Assembly (NCBI GenBank): GCA_951406725.2
Contig: OX597815.1
Coordinates: 72,106,001 to 72,170,000, forward strand
Length of the DNA stretch: 64,000 nt
Source of the DNA: Octopus vulgaris
Taxonomy: Eukaryota
Reading direction: 5' to 3'
Both the position numbers and the translations under genes were made by a program. Under the pieces are notes generated by a model. The model did not search any database, was not told where the DNA came from, and was given only the letters and a program-made list of their open reading frames with translations. Numbering within the stretch: the first letter of the stretch is position 1; the number at the start of each line of letters is the position of its first letter. Positions 34,768 through 46,575 of this stretch are shown in pieces.

Positions 34768-35152
34768 TGGAGGCGCAATGGCCCAGTGGTTAGGGCAGCG
34801 GACTCGCGGTCGGAGGATCGCGGTTTCGATTCCCAGACCGGGCATTGTGAGTGTTTATTGAGCGAAAACACCTAAAGCTCCACGAGGCTCCGGCAGGGGT
34901 TGGTGGTGAACCCTGTTGTACTCTTTCACCACAACTTTCTCTCGCTCTTTCTTCCTATTTCTATAGTACCTGTATTTCAAAGGGCCAGTCTTGTCACACT
35001 CTGTGTCACGCTGAATCTCTTCGAGAACTACGTTAAGGGTACACGTGTCTGTGGAGTGCTCAGCCACTTGCACGTTAATATCACGAGCAAGCTGTTCCGT
35101 TGATCGTATCAGCTGGGACCCTCATCGTCGCAACCGACGGAGCGCTCCTATA
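34768..35152 (+). mobile_element. Full-length tRNA(Arg-like)-headed SINE (resembles octopus OR-type SINEs) with 13-bp TSD
   Basis: A box TGGCCCAGTGG, B box GGTTTCGATTCC, TSD TATTGGTAGACTG at 34755-34767 and 35153-35165. Near-identical to 51632-52012. Confidence 0.92.
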
Positions 35153-35196
35153 TATTGGTAGACTGAAAAGTGTTAATGTATCTATTCTTCAAAATG

Positions 35197-35342
35197 ATTG
35201 ATGAAGGAAACGGAAGATGGATTTAGTACGAATCTTTATTCAGCATGACAATCGCTTCGACCCATCCTGCAGCTCCCTTACACCTAAGGGACAGCTGCAG
35301 GATGGGTCGAAACGAAATCCATTTTCCGTTTCCTTCATCAAT
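35197..35342. repeat. Nested inverted repeat with a GC-rich hairpin and hammerhead 3' halves on both strands
   Basis: Inner stem TTCGACCCATCCTGCAGCT / AGCTGCAGGATGGGTCGAA. Outer arms ATTGATGAAGGAAACGGAAGATGGATTT / AAATCCATTTTCCGTTTCCTTCATCAAT. Confidence 0.85.
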
Positions 35343-35580
35343 TATAAACTCAACAAACACTACGGATTCCCTGACGTAGATCCAGAGAAAACAATATAAC
35401 TGTGGATTACATCAAGTAACCCAACCGGTGAATGTACTTTAATCGATATACTAATTTATATATACCCAAAGTCCAAATAGTTACATATTCTCCAAAATAT
35501 ATGCAGCAGACATGCATCTTCTGTTTGACTAATGCAGACAATGTTGTTACAGTGGCGTACACACATCTTGCCTTATATAT

Positions 35581-35642
<62 letters not shown>

Positions 35643-35684
35643 GAAAGAATGGAGTCGAACGAAGATTTTAACAAAATTCCTTTA

Positions 35685-35767
35685 CTCTCAACACATGTTT
35701 CGAAGACTGCATACTCTTAATTCCGAAGGAATAAAGGGTGCATTATGCCGTCTTCTCATCAGGAAAG
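35685..35767 (-). ncRNA. Type I hammerhead ribozyme in the Penelope 3' pseudo-LTR
   Basis: CTTTC CTGATGA GAAGAC.GCATA...TATGC.GTCTTC GAAAC ATGT GTT GAGAG. Intact core, long stem II, palindromic ACATGT, GUU triplet. Confidence 0.8.
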
Positions 35768-36768
35768 ACAAGGAACCTCTATCAGCCTCAAGACGAACAA
35801 AACTTTTTGATGACTGCCTACATGGTGTCCACAGTGATAATGAGTGTTTTTTTAAATAATCCGTTATAAGCAATGACGTCAAAATTGGTTGGAAGGAGGA
35901 AGTTCTAAGAATAGGAAGGGGACAGTATGTATGCTGTATGTATGGGGATGCGCGGGTGTTTGCTTTTGTTAATGAGTTTGAGTGTTTATGTGTGTGTATG
36001 AGTGTGTGTATATAACTGCATTTGTGTCTGTGTGTGTAATTGTGTGTGTGTGGGGGGACAATAGTCAAATATATTTAGTAGTGAGGTGACAAATTTGTGT
36101 CTGTGTGTTTGATTGTGCGTATGATAGAGAGAGAGGGGGGGGAAGAGGTAGAGAGAAAGAGATAAACATACGCCAACGATATTTAGTAGTAATGTTTCAT
36201 GCAACAGAGTAGGCAGAAAGAATTTGTCTATGGCAGTGGTGTAGACGTGAAACTAATTATTAAAACCAAAGAGGTTATCTATATTATTTATCATTTATAT
36301 AAGTGGAAAGTGTGCTTCTGCCAATGCTTACCATTATATGATTTTTCTATTAGTGTGTTTACCAAGGGGAACTTGGTGAAAAGGATATAGAAGAGTTCAG
36401 AATTACAAATGCCACAATATTTCCTGCCCTTATCAAAAGGAAAGGATACAGACAATATGGACCAATCTAGCTTGAAAGTTATATTGTTGTCCTTAAGACG
36501 CCAAACTAATTTACTTAGTCCTGTACTTTGTTGTTTTCTCTTATCTTGGAAAGTTGAATAATGATTGGAAATTCTCTGGGACAATCGAGAAGTTTCGCAC
36601 CAATATAGAAGAAGACATCAGTGCCGGAAGAAATTTTACACTGGTAAATGGAATTTTTAATTTTGGAATTACTGGACAAGAACTTTAATCTGTTAGGGTT
36701 TTCCTCCGAGATCAAGACGGAGTTTTTATTGTTATGATTGCTGTTTATATTACTGCTAGCATTAATCA

Positions 36769-37962
36769 CTACACTATTTCTATTATTGTTATTATTATTA
36801 ATTGTACTATAACCGGCAATATCCCTGACAATAGAAATGTTGTACCATCAACACTACCACTGTTATTAACCCGACTAATGCTATTATTAATATTATCATT
36901 GCTAACACTAACGCTGCTACGAATGTTGCTACTATCAATACTATTTCTATTATTATTATTGTATGTTTGGTTGGAATTGGTAAGAATAGTGTTGGAACTC
37001 TCGGGTAAAGAATCTTTGTTTAGCAGCTTATTATTATGGGAAGCAATAATTTGCGAAAGATTTCTAGGGTTAGAGAATGCAATTCTTACTTTATGTGAAT
37101 TGATAATAGAATAATACCTAGAATTCCTGGGAAAGTTCCTAGCCACGGCTTCACGGAACTGTAAAGGAAGGTTCGATTTGATTTGTTTTCCGAAAGGTAT
37201 AACAAACCAGATATAGTTTTTTGTGGACTTAGAATTGCTCATAGCGTTACTAGTGACAGTAAAGGGAAAATTTCTGTGCTGGAAATTTGGGGTTGGGTGT
37301 CGATTGCCTCCCCTGGTCCGTAAATTATTTCTCTTACGTACAGGGGTGCCGACGTTGTTAGAACTGAAATCATTATTCTCACTATTTCTATTATTATTAG
37401 TTTTCTTATCCTGAGAAGTATATATTGGTTTAGAATGGGCTGGGTCGATGTATGATACTTTATCTCTATAACCGGCTTTTGACAAGGCGGCGTTATAAAA
37501 TTCCGCTTTTTGGTTAAAGATGTCGACATTAGTAGATAATTTTGACAGTCTTAAAGAAATGTTTTTAACTAAATTATCGGTAATTGTTATGGTATGATTA
37601 CTGAAAATGCTGATATATTTAAGATTAGTAGAAGGTTTATGATAAGGGAAGTACGAATTATTCTTCAGATTTAGGGTAATGTCTAAGAAGTTGGCTTTAG
37701 TTAATTCATCGTAAAAAACTATGCTCAAGCTCATTCTACTAAAAAATCTAGCTAATCTGTTCTTAACCTTCTGTATTTTTTGGTTCGAAGCATTCTGGAG
37801 GTAAAGCAGACAATCGTCTCGATACAGTCCGCCACAGATGTCCGGGAATTGGTCGGCTAATTCATAGAGAATATAAATTCCGACCAAATCGGCTATCTGG
37901 GCGCTGTCTGTACTTCCCATTAGCACATCGAACGCGTTAGGGGTGTCTCTGCGGACCCACAA
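36769..37962 (-). pseudogene. Longest open segment of the Penelope-like RT ORF
   Basis: 397-aa ORF with YRDD. Neighbouring ORFs 38514-38732, 38216-38470, 36515-36769 and 36291-36584 are frameshifted pieces of the same gene. Confidence 0.9.
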
Positions 37963-38765
37963 CTTATTATCGAACTGTATGAAAGATTTTCTAGCTGCTA
38001 ATATTACATTAATTTCCTCCCTGGAGAGGCCTGCCTTATTGTGCGCGTACCATAGGGCCTTATTAAGTACACTAGGGTTGATTGAAGGGTAGAAACTAGA
38101 TATATCGAATTGTATAAATTTTGTGTTGGCCTTATCATTAATAGAAGTAAACCACTCTACGACTTGAGCAGAGTTAGACCATAAGCTAAGTTTTAACTTA
38201 TTGATTAATATAGGTTTATTTTTTATCTAAAATGTACTTACTAAGGGTACCGATGTCGGAACTAGAAGGGCATATGAGCCGCAATGCCGGGTTGGTATGA
38301 AAGTTCTGTTTATGGTCCTTAAGGATGAATCTTGGTTGTCTGGGGTTCAACGGTTGCGTTTTCATTTGTAATCCATACGTCTCCATGATTTTCTTAATTT
38401 CTAAGTTGGCCTGTCTGAGTGTATTCCTACTTGTTGTCCTGTAATTCTTATGTATCTCTCTTTTGAGCAATTCTAAATAATGGTTCTTTGCAAGCTTATA
38501 TATGTTCCCGGTTTTATCCGATTGGACCAGGATAGCGTCTAATCTGTTTGTTCCTTAGGGGTGATTTATGAAATTTAATGTTCCTTACGATGTCCCACAG
38601 ATCATCTTCGAATTTCTTCCACACAAGAACACGGGGTTTCTGCCCTTGGCATGTAGCTTCAACCGTGTTTTCTGACGTGAATTTGCTACCCAGGTATCGA
38701 TTAACCGAATTATCCATACTAGGATAATTCATTCACCTACTTAAATATATATATATATATATATA

Positions 38766-39160
38766 CGCACAAAATGGGACAAGAACGCAAAATATCCAGA
38801 TAGACGATACAAAAAACACGGACGGGTCATTCAAAGCCTTTAATCTTCAGTCAAGAACCGGATCATCCTCGCAATTTCGGCTGATTAATCTTGAGATTGT
38901 TCCAATCTGGCCAGCCCCAAGGAAAAACTAAGCTAAGAGCATTAGATTTCTTGGAAAAAGGATCGAATGTATACGAAACAAGGATGGAAAAACGGACGAT
39001 GTTACACGAATATAAATACAAAAATAATACAAAAAAAACAATAATAATAATAATAACAGGACATAACAACAGGCATCTTTCGACTGGAGACGAATTGAAT
39101 TCAGCTGGCGTGTTGGGAATTAGGCCTTACGGCAGAGGAAAAGTATCGATGTGGCAGTAA
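38766..39160 (-). mobile_element. Possible second pseudo-LTR-like fragment adjoining the same (TA)n
   Basis: Abuts (TA)n. Minus strand CTGAAGA...GAA TGACCC GTC is only loosely hammerhead-like. Confidence 0.3.
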
Positions 39161-39275
39161 CCGTGGTATTTGGAAACAGTAACGCCGCCATTACTTACAT
39201 GAAAACCATGAGCGTGCTTTCAAGGCTTGAAAGTCAAGGTAAAATCGTAATATTTCATGTAAAGTAGATATAACA

Positions 39276-39465
39276 AATAATCCAAAATCCTTGTCCGGTA
39301 CCGGATCGATTCCAATATCTAATTAGTTCGTGCCAGTCATGAGCCCAAACATCCCCGAAAGTTTCATCCGAATCCATCCAGCGGTTCTCGAGATATCTTG
39401 TCCACAGACAAATAAACAAACACGACTGAAAATAATATCTCCGCCTTCGCCAAGGCGGAGATAAC
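39276..39465 (+). mobile_element. Helentron/HINE-like element 3' part
   Basis: Homologous to 42007-42191, with terminal hairpin TATCTCCGCCTT CGCC AAGGCGGAGATA. Confidence 0.75.
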
Positions 39466-39466
39466 A

Positions 39467-39998
39467 GGCAGTGGTTCTCATGGCTTCTGACCATAACTAA
39501 TTGGAAGTGTTATCATGTACATTGTTTTGTCTGGGTGTAAAAGATGGGCTACAGGAAATTTTCTGCACAATACCACAGACTTGCTTGTCAGTTGTTTGAC
39601 CATAACCAGTTGAGTATGAACCTTGGTGGCTGACGATATATGCATCTCTGAAAACGAGCAGAAGTAGTAGGGGAACATCATAGCCATGTGTTAAGAGGAA
39701 TTCTTTGGGGGTTTGAACGATTCACCTCTGAAAATATGAGTGTTTTGTTCATCATCCTTAAACAAAACTTATTCAGGGATCTTTTGAGCGGAATGGGCTA
39801 CTCAGCCTGAAGAAAATTCTAACTGGGCCCCCTCCTGCAAGATCATGCACTGTTTATCTTGATATAAGACCACCATGCTGCGCACATATGGTTGTGATGC
39901 ATGTACCTGGTGTACCCTTATTAGTCATGATGGGTATATAGTGGTTTGTATAATTGTACTCCATTGTCACTTTGATGGCATGCGCTGCTCTCTCACTC
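39467..39998 (+). mobile_element. ~555-bp (TAA)n-associated element, diverged copy
   Basis: Reverse complement of 1691-2230, ending CTCTCTCACTC(AAT)n. Confidence 0.85.
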
Positions 39999-40030
<32 letters not shown>

Positions 40031-40033
40031 TAA

Positions 40034-41751
40034 TGTTAGTTAGTTAGTTAATTTGGCTCAAAAGCAAATAGCAAGGCCATGTAGGGGGACATGGAGTTAA
40101 GTACAGGGTGGTGTTCATGTAAAGAGTTCAGGCCACTTGAGGTCCAGGGAGGCTTTGAACAAAGCGATCGTCGGCATCTTCACCATCTCGTCTGGCAGCT
40201 TGTTCCACGGATCCGCAACCCGGACGGAGAAAGCTCCTCTCCTTCGATTGAGATGAAATCGTCGCAGGTAGAGCTTTTCGGAATGACCCCGCAGCCGACG
40301 CTCCGGAGCAGGAGTGAAGAACAGCTCTTTCGAGAGGTTACACTTCCCGCTTATGATGTTGTGGGCGAGAATGAGATCACCACGGCGGCGGCGTTTTTCA
40401 AGAGAATAAAGGTCGAGCGTCCTCAGCCTTTCTTCGTAGGACAAATTTTTGAGACCATGAACCATGCGGGTAGCCAGCCTCTGGACTCTTTCGAGGTGCT
40501 GTATGTCTTTGAGGAGATAAGGAGAAGAGGCTTGAATCCCATACTCCAATATGGGTCTCACCAGCGTGACATAGAGTGGCAGGAATATGGCTGCTGTGAG
40601 CATTCCGAATGACCGTCGAATCAAAAACAGAATTCCGCGCGCTTTGTTGGCAGCATGGACGCACTGGGCCGAAGGCGAAAAGGAGGAATCCACCAAGATA
40701 CCCAGGTCCTTTACCTGATCGGTCCTCTCCAGCAGCAGACGACCCGGCTCGAAATCAAGTTGAGTTGCAGGAGTAGAGCCGACAGGCAGATGACAGCACT
40801 TTGACACGTTCAGACACAGGTCCCAATCGTTAGACCACTTCCAAATTTGGTGGAGGCATCGACGAAGATCCTCTATACTACCGCGAGGAGCGACCAGTTT
40901 GATATCGTCGGCAAATAGAAGGGTGTGTTGCGTGAGGTCGTCGGGCAAGTCATTTATGAAGACTAAGAACAACAAGGGCCCAAGCACTGAACCTTGAGGC
41001 ACGCCACTGCTCGCACTGGAGACGTCGGACCGCGAACCATTAACTTGAACTTGGAAGGAGCGATCTGAGAGGAAGGCACCAACCCATCGTACAATATCCG
41101 GATGGAAACTATATGCTTGAAGCTTGACAAGTAGTAGGCGGTGGTTTACCGAGTCAAAAGCTTTGGCAAAGTCCAATAAAACGATGTCAACAGCATCACT
41201 ATCATCGAGGATGCGCGTCACCAATTCTTCCATTACTAGTAAGTTGGTCAAGCATGATCTCTTCGGCACGAAGCCGTGTTGGGAATCAGTGATCGAGGCT
41301 GTGTTTAGGAGGTGGAGCATCATACTTTTCTTAAGGATGGTTTCGAACATCTTGCTGATTATTGATGTAAGGGAAACCGGTCGGTAGTTAAGCGGGTCTT
41401 CGCGGCTCCCTTTCTTGAAAATTGGGCAGATTATCGCTGTTCTCCAGTCTGCAGGTATAACACCCGTCGCCAATGACATATTGAATAGTCGTGTTAAGGG
41501 CTCGCAGATGACCGGAGCCAACGCTTTGATAACCCGTGGGTGTATGCCGTCAGGGCCGTGACCCTTGTTGACATCGAGGCCTTGAATAACACGTTTGACT
41601 TGGTCCCGCGTGATGATCAATCGAAGCATTGGAGGTACCGATCTATCAAATGGAGGGGGTTCACGACCATCATCTTGTTTGAAAATAGTTGAAAAAGCCT
41701 CGGCAAATAATTGACTCTGTTGATAAGGGTCCTCAATCGATACGCCTGTTG
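40034..41751 (-). mobile_element. CR1-clade LINE, 5'-truncated, with (TAAC)n tail, inserted in (TAA)n
   Basis: Uninterrupted RT frame, ~65-nt 3' UTR, TAAC repeats at 40034-40050 and (TAA)n on both sides. Confidence 0.93.
40115..41629 (-). CDS. Non-LTR reverse transcriptase (CR1 ORF2 C-terminal half, endonuclease missing)
   Basis: Motifs GPDGIHPRV, PIFKKG, NYRPVSLTS, QHGF, LDFAKAFDSV, GVPQGSVLGPLLF and FADD. The frame stays open upstream to the truncation point near 41750. Confidence 0.9.
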   Translation of the reverse strand: MLRLIITRDQVKRVIQGLDVNKGHGPDGIHPRVIKALAPVICEPLTRLFNMSLATGVIPADWRTAIICPIFKKGSREDPLNYRPVSLTSIISKMFETILKKSMMLHLLNTASITDSQHGFVPKRSCLTNLLVMEELVTRILDDSDAVDIVLLDFAKAFDSVNHRLLLVKLQAYSFHPDIVRWVGAFLSDRSFQVQVNGSRSDVSSASSGVPQGSVLGPLLFLVFINDLPDDLTQHTLLFADDIKLVAPRGSIEDLRRCLHQIWKWSNDWDLCLNVSKCCHLPVGSTPATQLDFEPGRLLLERTDQVKDLGILVDSSFSPSAQCVHAANKARGILFLIRRSFGMLTAAIFLPLYVTLVRPILEYGIQASSPYLLKDIQHLERVQRLATRMVHGLKNLSYEERLRTLDLYSLEKRRRRGDLILAHNIISGKCNLSKELFFTPAPERRLRGHSEKLYLRRFHLNRRRGAFSVRVADPWNKLPDEMVKMPTIALFKASLDLKWPELFT

Positions 41752-41831
<80 letters not shown>

Positions 41832-42191
41832 TAGAGCACTCAGAGAGCGCAAGCCTCCCCCAAGGCAAAACTAACGTCCTCTCAACAATTAGCCAGAGAT
41901 TCTTTTTAAAACGAGAATATCTGAAGTAAACTCGACTGCTCTCACAAACGATAATACTATAAATGAACCAGATAGCTCTCAAAAATTAAGTAAAAAAACA
42001 AGAAAAATAATCCAGAATCCTTGTTCTGTAACCGATTGATCCCAAAATCGTGTCAGTCACGGGGCCAAACATCCGTGAAAGTTTCATCCGAATCTATACA
42101 GCGGTTCCTGAAATATCTTGTCCACGGACAACAAACAAACAAGCAAACACGACTGACAACAATACCTCCGCCTTCGCTAAGGCGGAAGTAA
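41832..42191 (+). mobile_element. Helentron/HINE-like non-autonomous element, apparently complete
   Basis: 5' TAGAGCACTCAGAGAGCGCAAGCCTCCCCCAAGGC and 3' hairpin TACCTCCGCCTT CGCT AAGGCGGAAGTA give asymmetric subterminal inverted repeats. (CAAA)n lies near the 3' end. Confidence 0.75.
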
Positions 42192-42196
42192 TAATA

Positions 42197-42405
42197 ATCC
42201 TTTCTACTGGAGGCACAAAGCCTCTAATTTGGGTGAGGAGACTAGTTGATTACATCGACCCCAGTATTTCACTGGTACTTAATTTATCGACCTCGAAAGG
42301 ATGAAAGGCAAAGTCGACATCAGCGGAATTTTAACTCTGAACGCAGCAACAGGCTAAGCATTTCGTCCAGCGCACTAATGATTCTGCCAGCTCGCCGTCT
42401 AACAC

Positions 42406-42477
<72 letters not shown>

Positions 42478-42895
42478 ATAATAATGGTTTCAATTTTTGG
42501 CACAAGGCCAAAATTTTAAGGGGAGAGGTAAGTCGATTACATCGTCCGTAGTGCTTATCTGGTACTTATTTTATCGACCCCGAAAACAACACCGGCGGAA
42601 TTTGAAGTCGGAATCTAAAGAAATGCCGCTAAGCGTTTTGTCTGACGCGCTAACGATTCTGCCAGCTCGCAGACTTAACTGCAACAGCAACAACAATGAT
42701 TATAATGATTTCGAATTTTGGCACAACACCAGCAATTTCGGGGAGGAGCAAGTCGATTATATCTTATTTTATCGACCACCCTGGTAGGATAAAAGGCAAA
42801 GCCGACCTCGGCGGAATTTGAACTCAGAATATATAGAGCCGAAAGAAATGTAAAAGCCGCTAAGCATTTTACCTGGCGTGTTAACGATTCTACGC
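42197..42895 (-). mobile_element. Three tandem Meta-domain-like SINEs separated by (TAA)n/(CAA)n
   Basis: Head and core are recognisable in each copy. Confidence 0.82.
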
Positions 42896-43424
42896 AGGCT
42901 TGAAAACAGCAACAACAACAACAGGAATAATAGTAACGCAACTGTAGACAAAATAATTGGTGATAAATATACAAGAGGTGATAAACAAAGAGAATAATAA
43001 TAATAGCAACTAAAAAATTGGTGCGATAAATTTTCTGCGCATGCGCAGATATATCTCAAAATTTATCTTTCATTCTAAAATTAAATAAAGAAGTAAACGT
43101 ACAAGAGAAGATGAAGAGATAGTCTGTCTAAGCTGCAGTAATAAACCCTACCGCTTTTTTGCACATTTTCAAATATGGTGGTAATTATTTAATGTGGTTT
43201 TTATGGTTACTGTGGTTAATTAAGGTGGTGTTGTGGTTACTGCTGCCAAAGTTATTGCGAAACAGTTTTGATTCTCAATCGAATCTAAGTTCGCAACAAT
43301 ATCATCTGGAAAGACATTAACACCACTGCTACTTGCATTCACGTACGATTCTGCTGTTTCAAAGGAAGTTTACAACGTTGATTAAAAATTAAACAAATTC
43401 ATTGCCTTTGAAACGAGGAAGAAA

Positions 43425-44250
43425 AAATAGTTGCTAATGTTGTAGCTGTTGTTGCTAATGTCGCTGTTAGTTGTTAGCTGTTAATGTTGTTTGCAATTAC
43501 TCTTGTAAATTCTGTTGTGTCTACAGTTGCTAACTAACTCTGTCGCATCTATGGTTGCTATGTTCTTACAGCTTGCTCATGTTGCGATTACTGTTATTAA
43601 TTTTGTGGTAACATTTGCTAACGCCATTGTGATTACTGTCTGCGGTTGTGGTTACTGTTGCTAATGTTGTGACTACTGTTGTTGATGTGACTACAACTGC
43701 CTTGCTGTAGCAACTACTACTGCTAACTCATATTGTTTGAAGATGTTGTAGTCTCTGTAACTACTGTTGTGGGTGATATTGCTAACGTGGTTGTGAGTAC
43801 AGCTGCTGCTGCTAATGCCGATGTGGCTATTGTTGTTAATGATGTGACCATTATTGCGAATATTGTTGTGACAACTACTGTTCATGTTGCTATAGCCACT
43901 GTTGTTAATGTTATTGTTGTTACTATTTCTAACATGGTGGATGTTGTTGCTAATGTTGCAGATGTTGCAAAGTTGTTGTAACTGGTGATGCTAATGTTGT
44001 TCTTGTGACTGCCGTTATTAATGCTGTGACTGCTTATGCTGTTGTAATGTTGTTGTTACTGCTGTGACTGCGAATGTTGTTGTAGCTGGTGTTGCTAATG
44101 TTATTTTTGTGACTGCAGTTGTTAATATTGTGACTGCTGTTACTAACGTTGTTGTTACTAGTGTTAATGTGGTGACTACTGTTGATAAGGCTCTCAATGA
44201 AACCATCCTTTAAATAGTTTTCCCGCCATCACTTCATCATCATCATCGTC

Positions 44251-44281
<31 letters not shown>

Positions 44282-44640
44282 TTAACATCATCATTATCAA
44301 CATGGTCATATCATCATCGACGTCGCCATCGATATCATCATCATCATCATCATCATCGTCATCATCATCATCATCATCATCATCAACATCGTTGTCGTCG
44401 TCGTCGTCCTCATGCGTCATCGTTTGTCGTCTTCTGTTAATGTGACCGAAAACGGAAAGCCCTATGATGTTATTATCGATGTTTGTTGAGGTTATTACTG
44501 CTGTCGTTTTTGTTGTGGTTGTTGTTGTTGTTGTCGGTGATTGACGATGATGATGGTGGTGGCGGTGGCGGTGGAGGTGGTGGTGGCGGTGGTGTTAGTG
44601 ATGGTAGTGGTGGTGGAGGTGGTGGTAGCGGAACTGGCTC
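43425..44640. repeat. Degenerate GTT/GCT/ACT trinucleotide low-complexity region followed by (CAT)n/(GGT)n
   Basis: Recurring GTTGCTAATGTTGTGACTACT-like words. Confidence 0.85.
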
Positions 44641-45079
44641 TGGTGATAATACATTTAATACATGTCGCATTAATAACGATGAATTCCGTATTTTTTTTTC
44701 GTTACCTATGTTATTGTTCTATGTGCTAATTCCCTAAATGTTGTTGTTGTTATTGCCTTTGAACACAGTTATCACCACACACCACCACCCTCTTATCTTC
44801 CTTCTTCTTCTTCTTCTTCTTCTTCTTCTTCTTCTTCTTCTTCTTCTTCTTCTTCTTCTTCTTCTTCTTCTTCTTCTTCTTCTTCTTCTTCTTCTTCTTC
44901 TTCTTTCTCCCCCCCACTCACAGATACATGCACAAACGTCAAAGACTCCGCACACGCACGTTCACACGCGCGTTCACATACGAATATGCATGTACCTTCC
45001 ACGACATATATACACATATATGCATATTACAAATGTATATACTTGTATGTGCGTGTGTATACACATGCATCTATCTATG

Positions 45080-45148
<69 letters not shown>

Positions 45149-45336
45149 TTATATTACCCTATATAAATATATATATGAATGCCTGTCTCTAAAAATGCAT
45201 GTGCGTGTGAATGAGAGAGAGAGAGAGAGAGAAAGGGAGAAAGAGAGAATGAGTGAGAGTGTGTGTGTGTGTGGAAAGCAAACACGTACACTTTGACAGA
45301 GATGAATGAAAAAGCCTACGCACGCATGTATACACA

Positions 45337-45373
<37 letters not shown>

Positions 45374-45434
45374 ACGCGCGCAAATAAACACCCACATATA
45401 TGATACATGCATGCACACATATGCACTCCCTCCC

Positions 45435-45479
<45 letters not shown>

Positions 45480-45821
45480 CATATATATATATGTGTGTGT
45501 GTTTGTGTGTGTATATGTATATATACATATATACACATAAAAACAAACATACTACTCCCGATACACACCCCCTTCACACATTCTACGCATGCCCCTCCAC
45601 ATACACACACAGTATATATTCTACGCAGATCAGTTGCAGCGATGGGAGTACCCCTCTATTGCCCGGAAGAAATGAAATATTTTCTTGCCAACATCAAACG
45701 ATGTGAATGCAATCAACAAAACCCATTTTCATTAGAACACAGTAAATATTTTATTTGAGTCCCCGAGTCGTTTCATTTGACGCCATTTCACAAACAAACA
45801 GCCAATCACGTTTATAATTGC

Positions 45822-45901
<80 letters not shown>

Positions 45902-45949
45902 GCCTTATTTTTTTCATAAATTCAGCTTTAAAAAAGAATAATTCAGGTC

Positions 45950-46038
<89 letters not shown>

Positions 46039-46575
46039 CACAGTAATAATAATAAAGGTGAAAACAATAAGTTATGTTGAAACAACTGTAGACAAAATGA
46101 AATGTAACATATTGCTATGTTGAGGTGATAAATAAACAAAGAGAATAGAAATAGTAACTAAAAATAAACAAACAGGCAAAAAAGGAAAGGAAAACAATTG
46201 GCGTGTTTAAGTTTCTGCGCATGTGCAGGTGTATCGCAAAATTTCTCTCACTCTTCTCTCTCCCCACCTCTCTCTCTCTCACTAAATGAATAAATGTATA
46301 AATAAAAGCGGAAGGAAAAGAAAATTCTGTAATAAACACTCCAACTCCGTTCGCTACTTCCTTGCATATTTTCTAGCGTGGTTGATAACTACTTCGGCGA
46401 ATGAAGTTCGCGACCCAGTTTCGATTTCAAGCTTAGACATGGAAATGTATACTCTTCACCGCCGCCCCAACAATTTTTGCCCTCCAATAAAATCTATGAG
46501 GGTTTGTAACAACTTGAAATAAATCAGGAATATTTACAATTTTCAGTAGCCATTATATATAGAAAGAGGAACAAT

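Larger units (their letters stand above)
35639..38743 (-). mobile_element. Penelope-like retroelement (RT + C-terminal GIY-YIG, Hydra-clade-like), frameshifted, inserted in (TA)n
   Basis: RT motifs LKDHK..F...P.LRLICP, FIQFDISSFYPSI, FDVLMGSTDSAQIADLVG and GGLYRDD. Endonuclease motifs IYQC...YIG...RISNH...LSKLVWRLK...CGICNSE. (TA)n at both ends and a hammerhead in the 3' non-coding part. Confidence 0.92.

Noticed and set aside
34768-34842. tRNA-like sequences with A and B boxes
   Set aside because: They continue into SINE bodies with TSDs and do not form a complete cloverleaf with acceptor stem, so they are SINE heads rather than tRNA genes.
40091-40612. 173-aa plus-strand ORF (and the 189-aa ORF at 25697-26266)
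   Set aside because: Antisense shadows of LINE coding sequence.
43733-44206. Val/Ala/Thr-rich ORFs resembling mucin or antifreeze-like proteins
   Set aside because: Degenerate trinucleotide low-complexity DNA broken by stops, with no supportable splice structure.
44432-44475. Possible SECIS-like motif (GTGA...AAA...TGAT)
   Set aside because: Helix length and pairing do not fit the SECIS consensus and no selenoprotein ORF is nearby. The stop I traced in the GIY-YIG frame near 54667 is TAA, not TGA.
45629-45760. Possible small coding exon after ...CTACGCAG
   Set aside because: No polypyrimidine tract, no recognisable protein in any frame and no partner exons.
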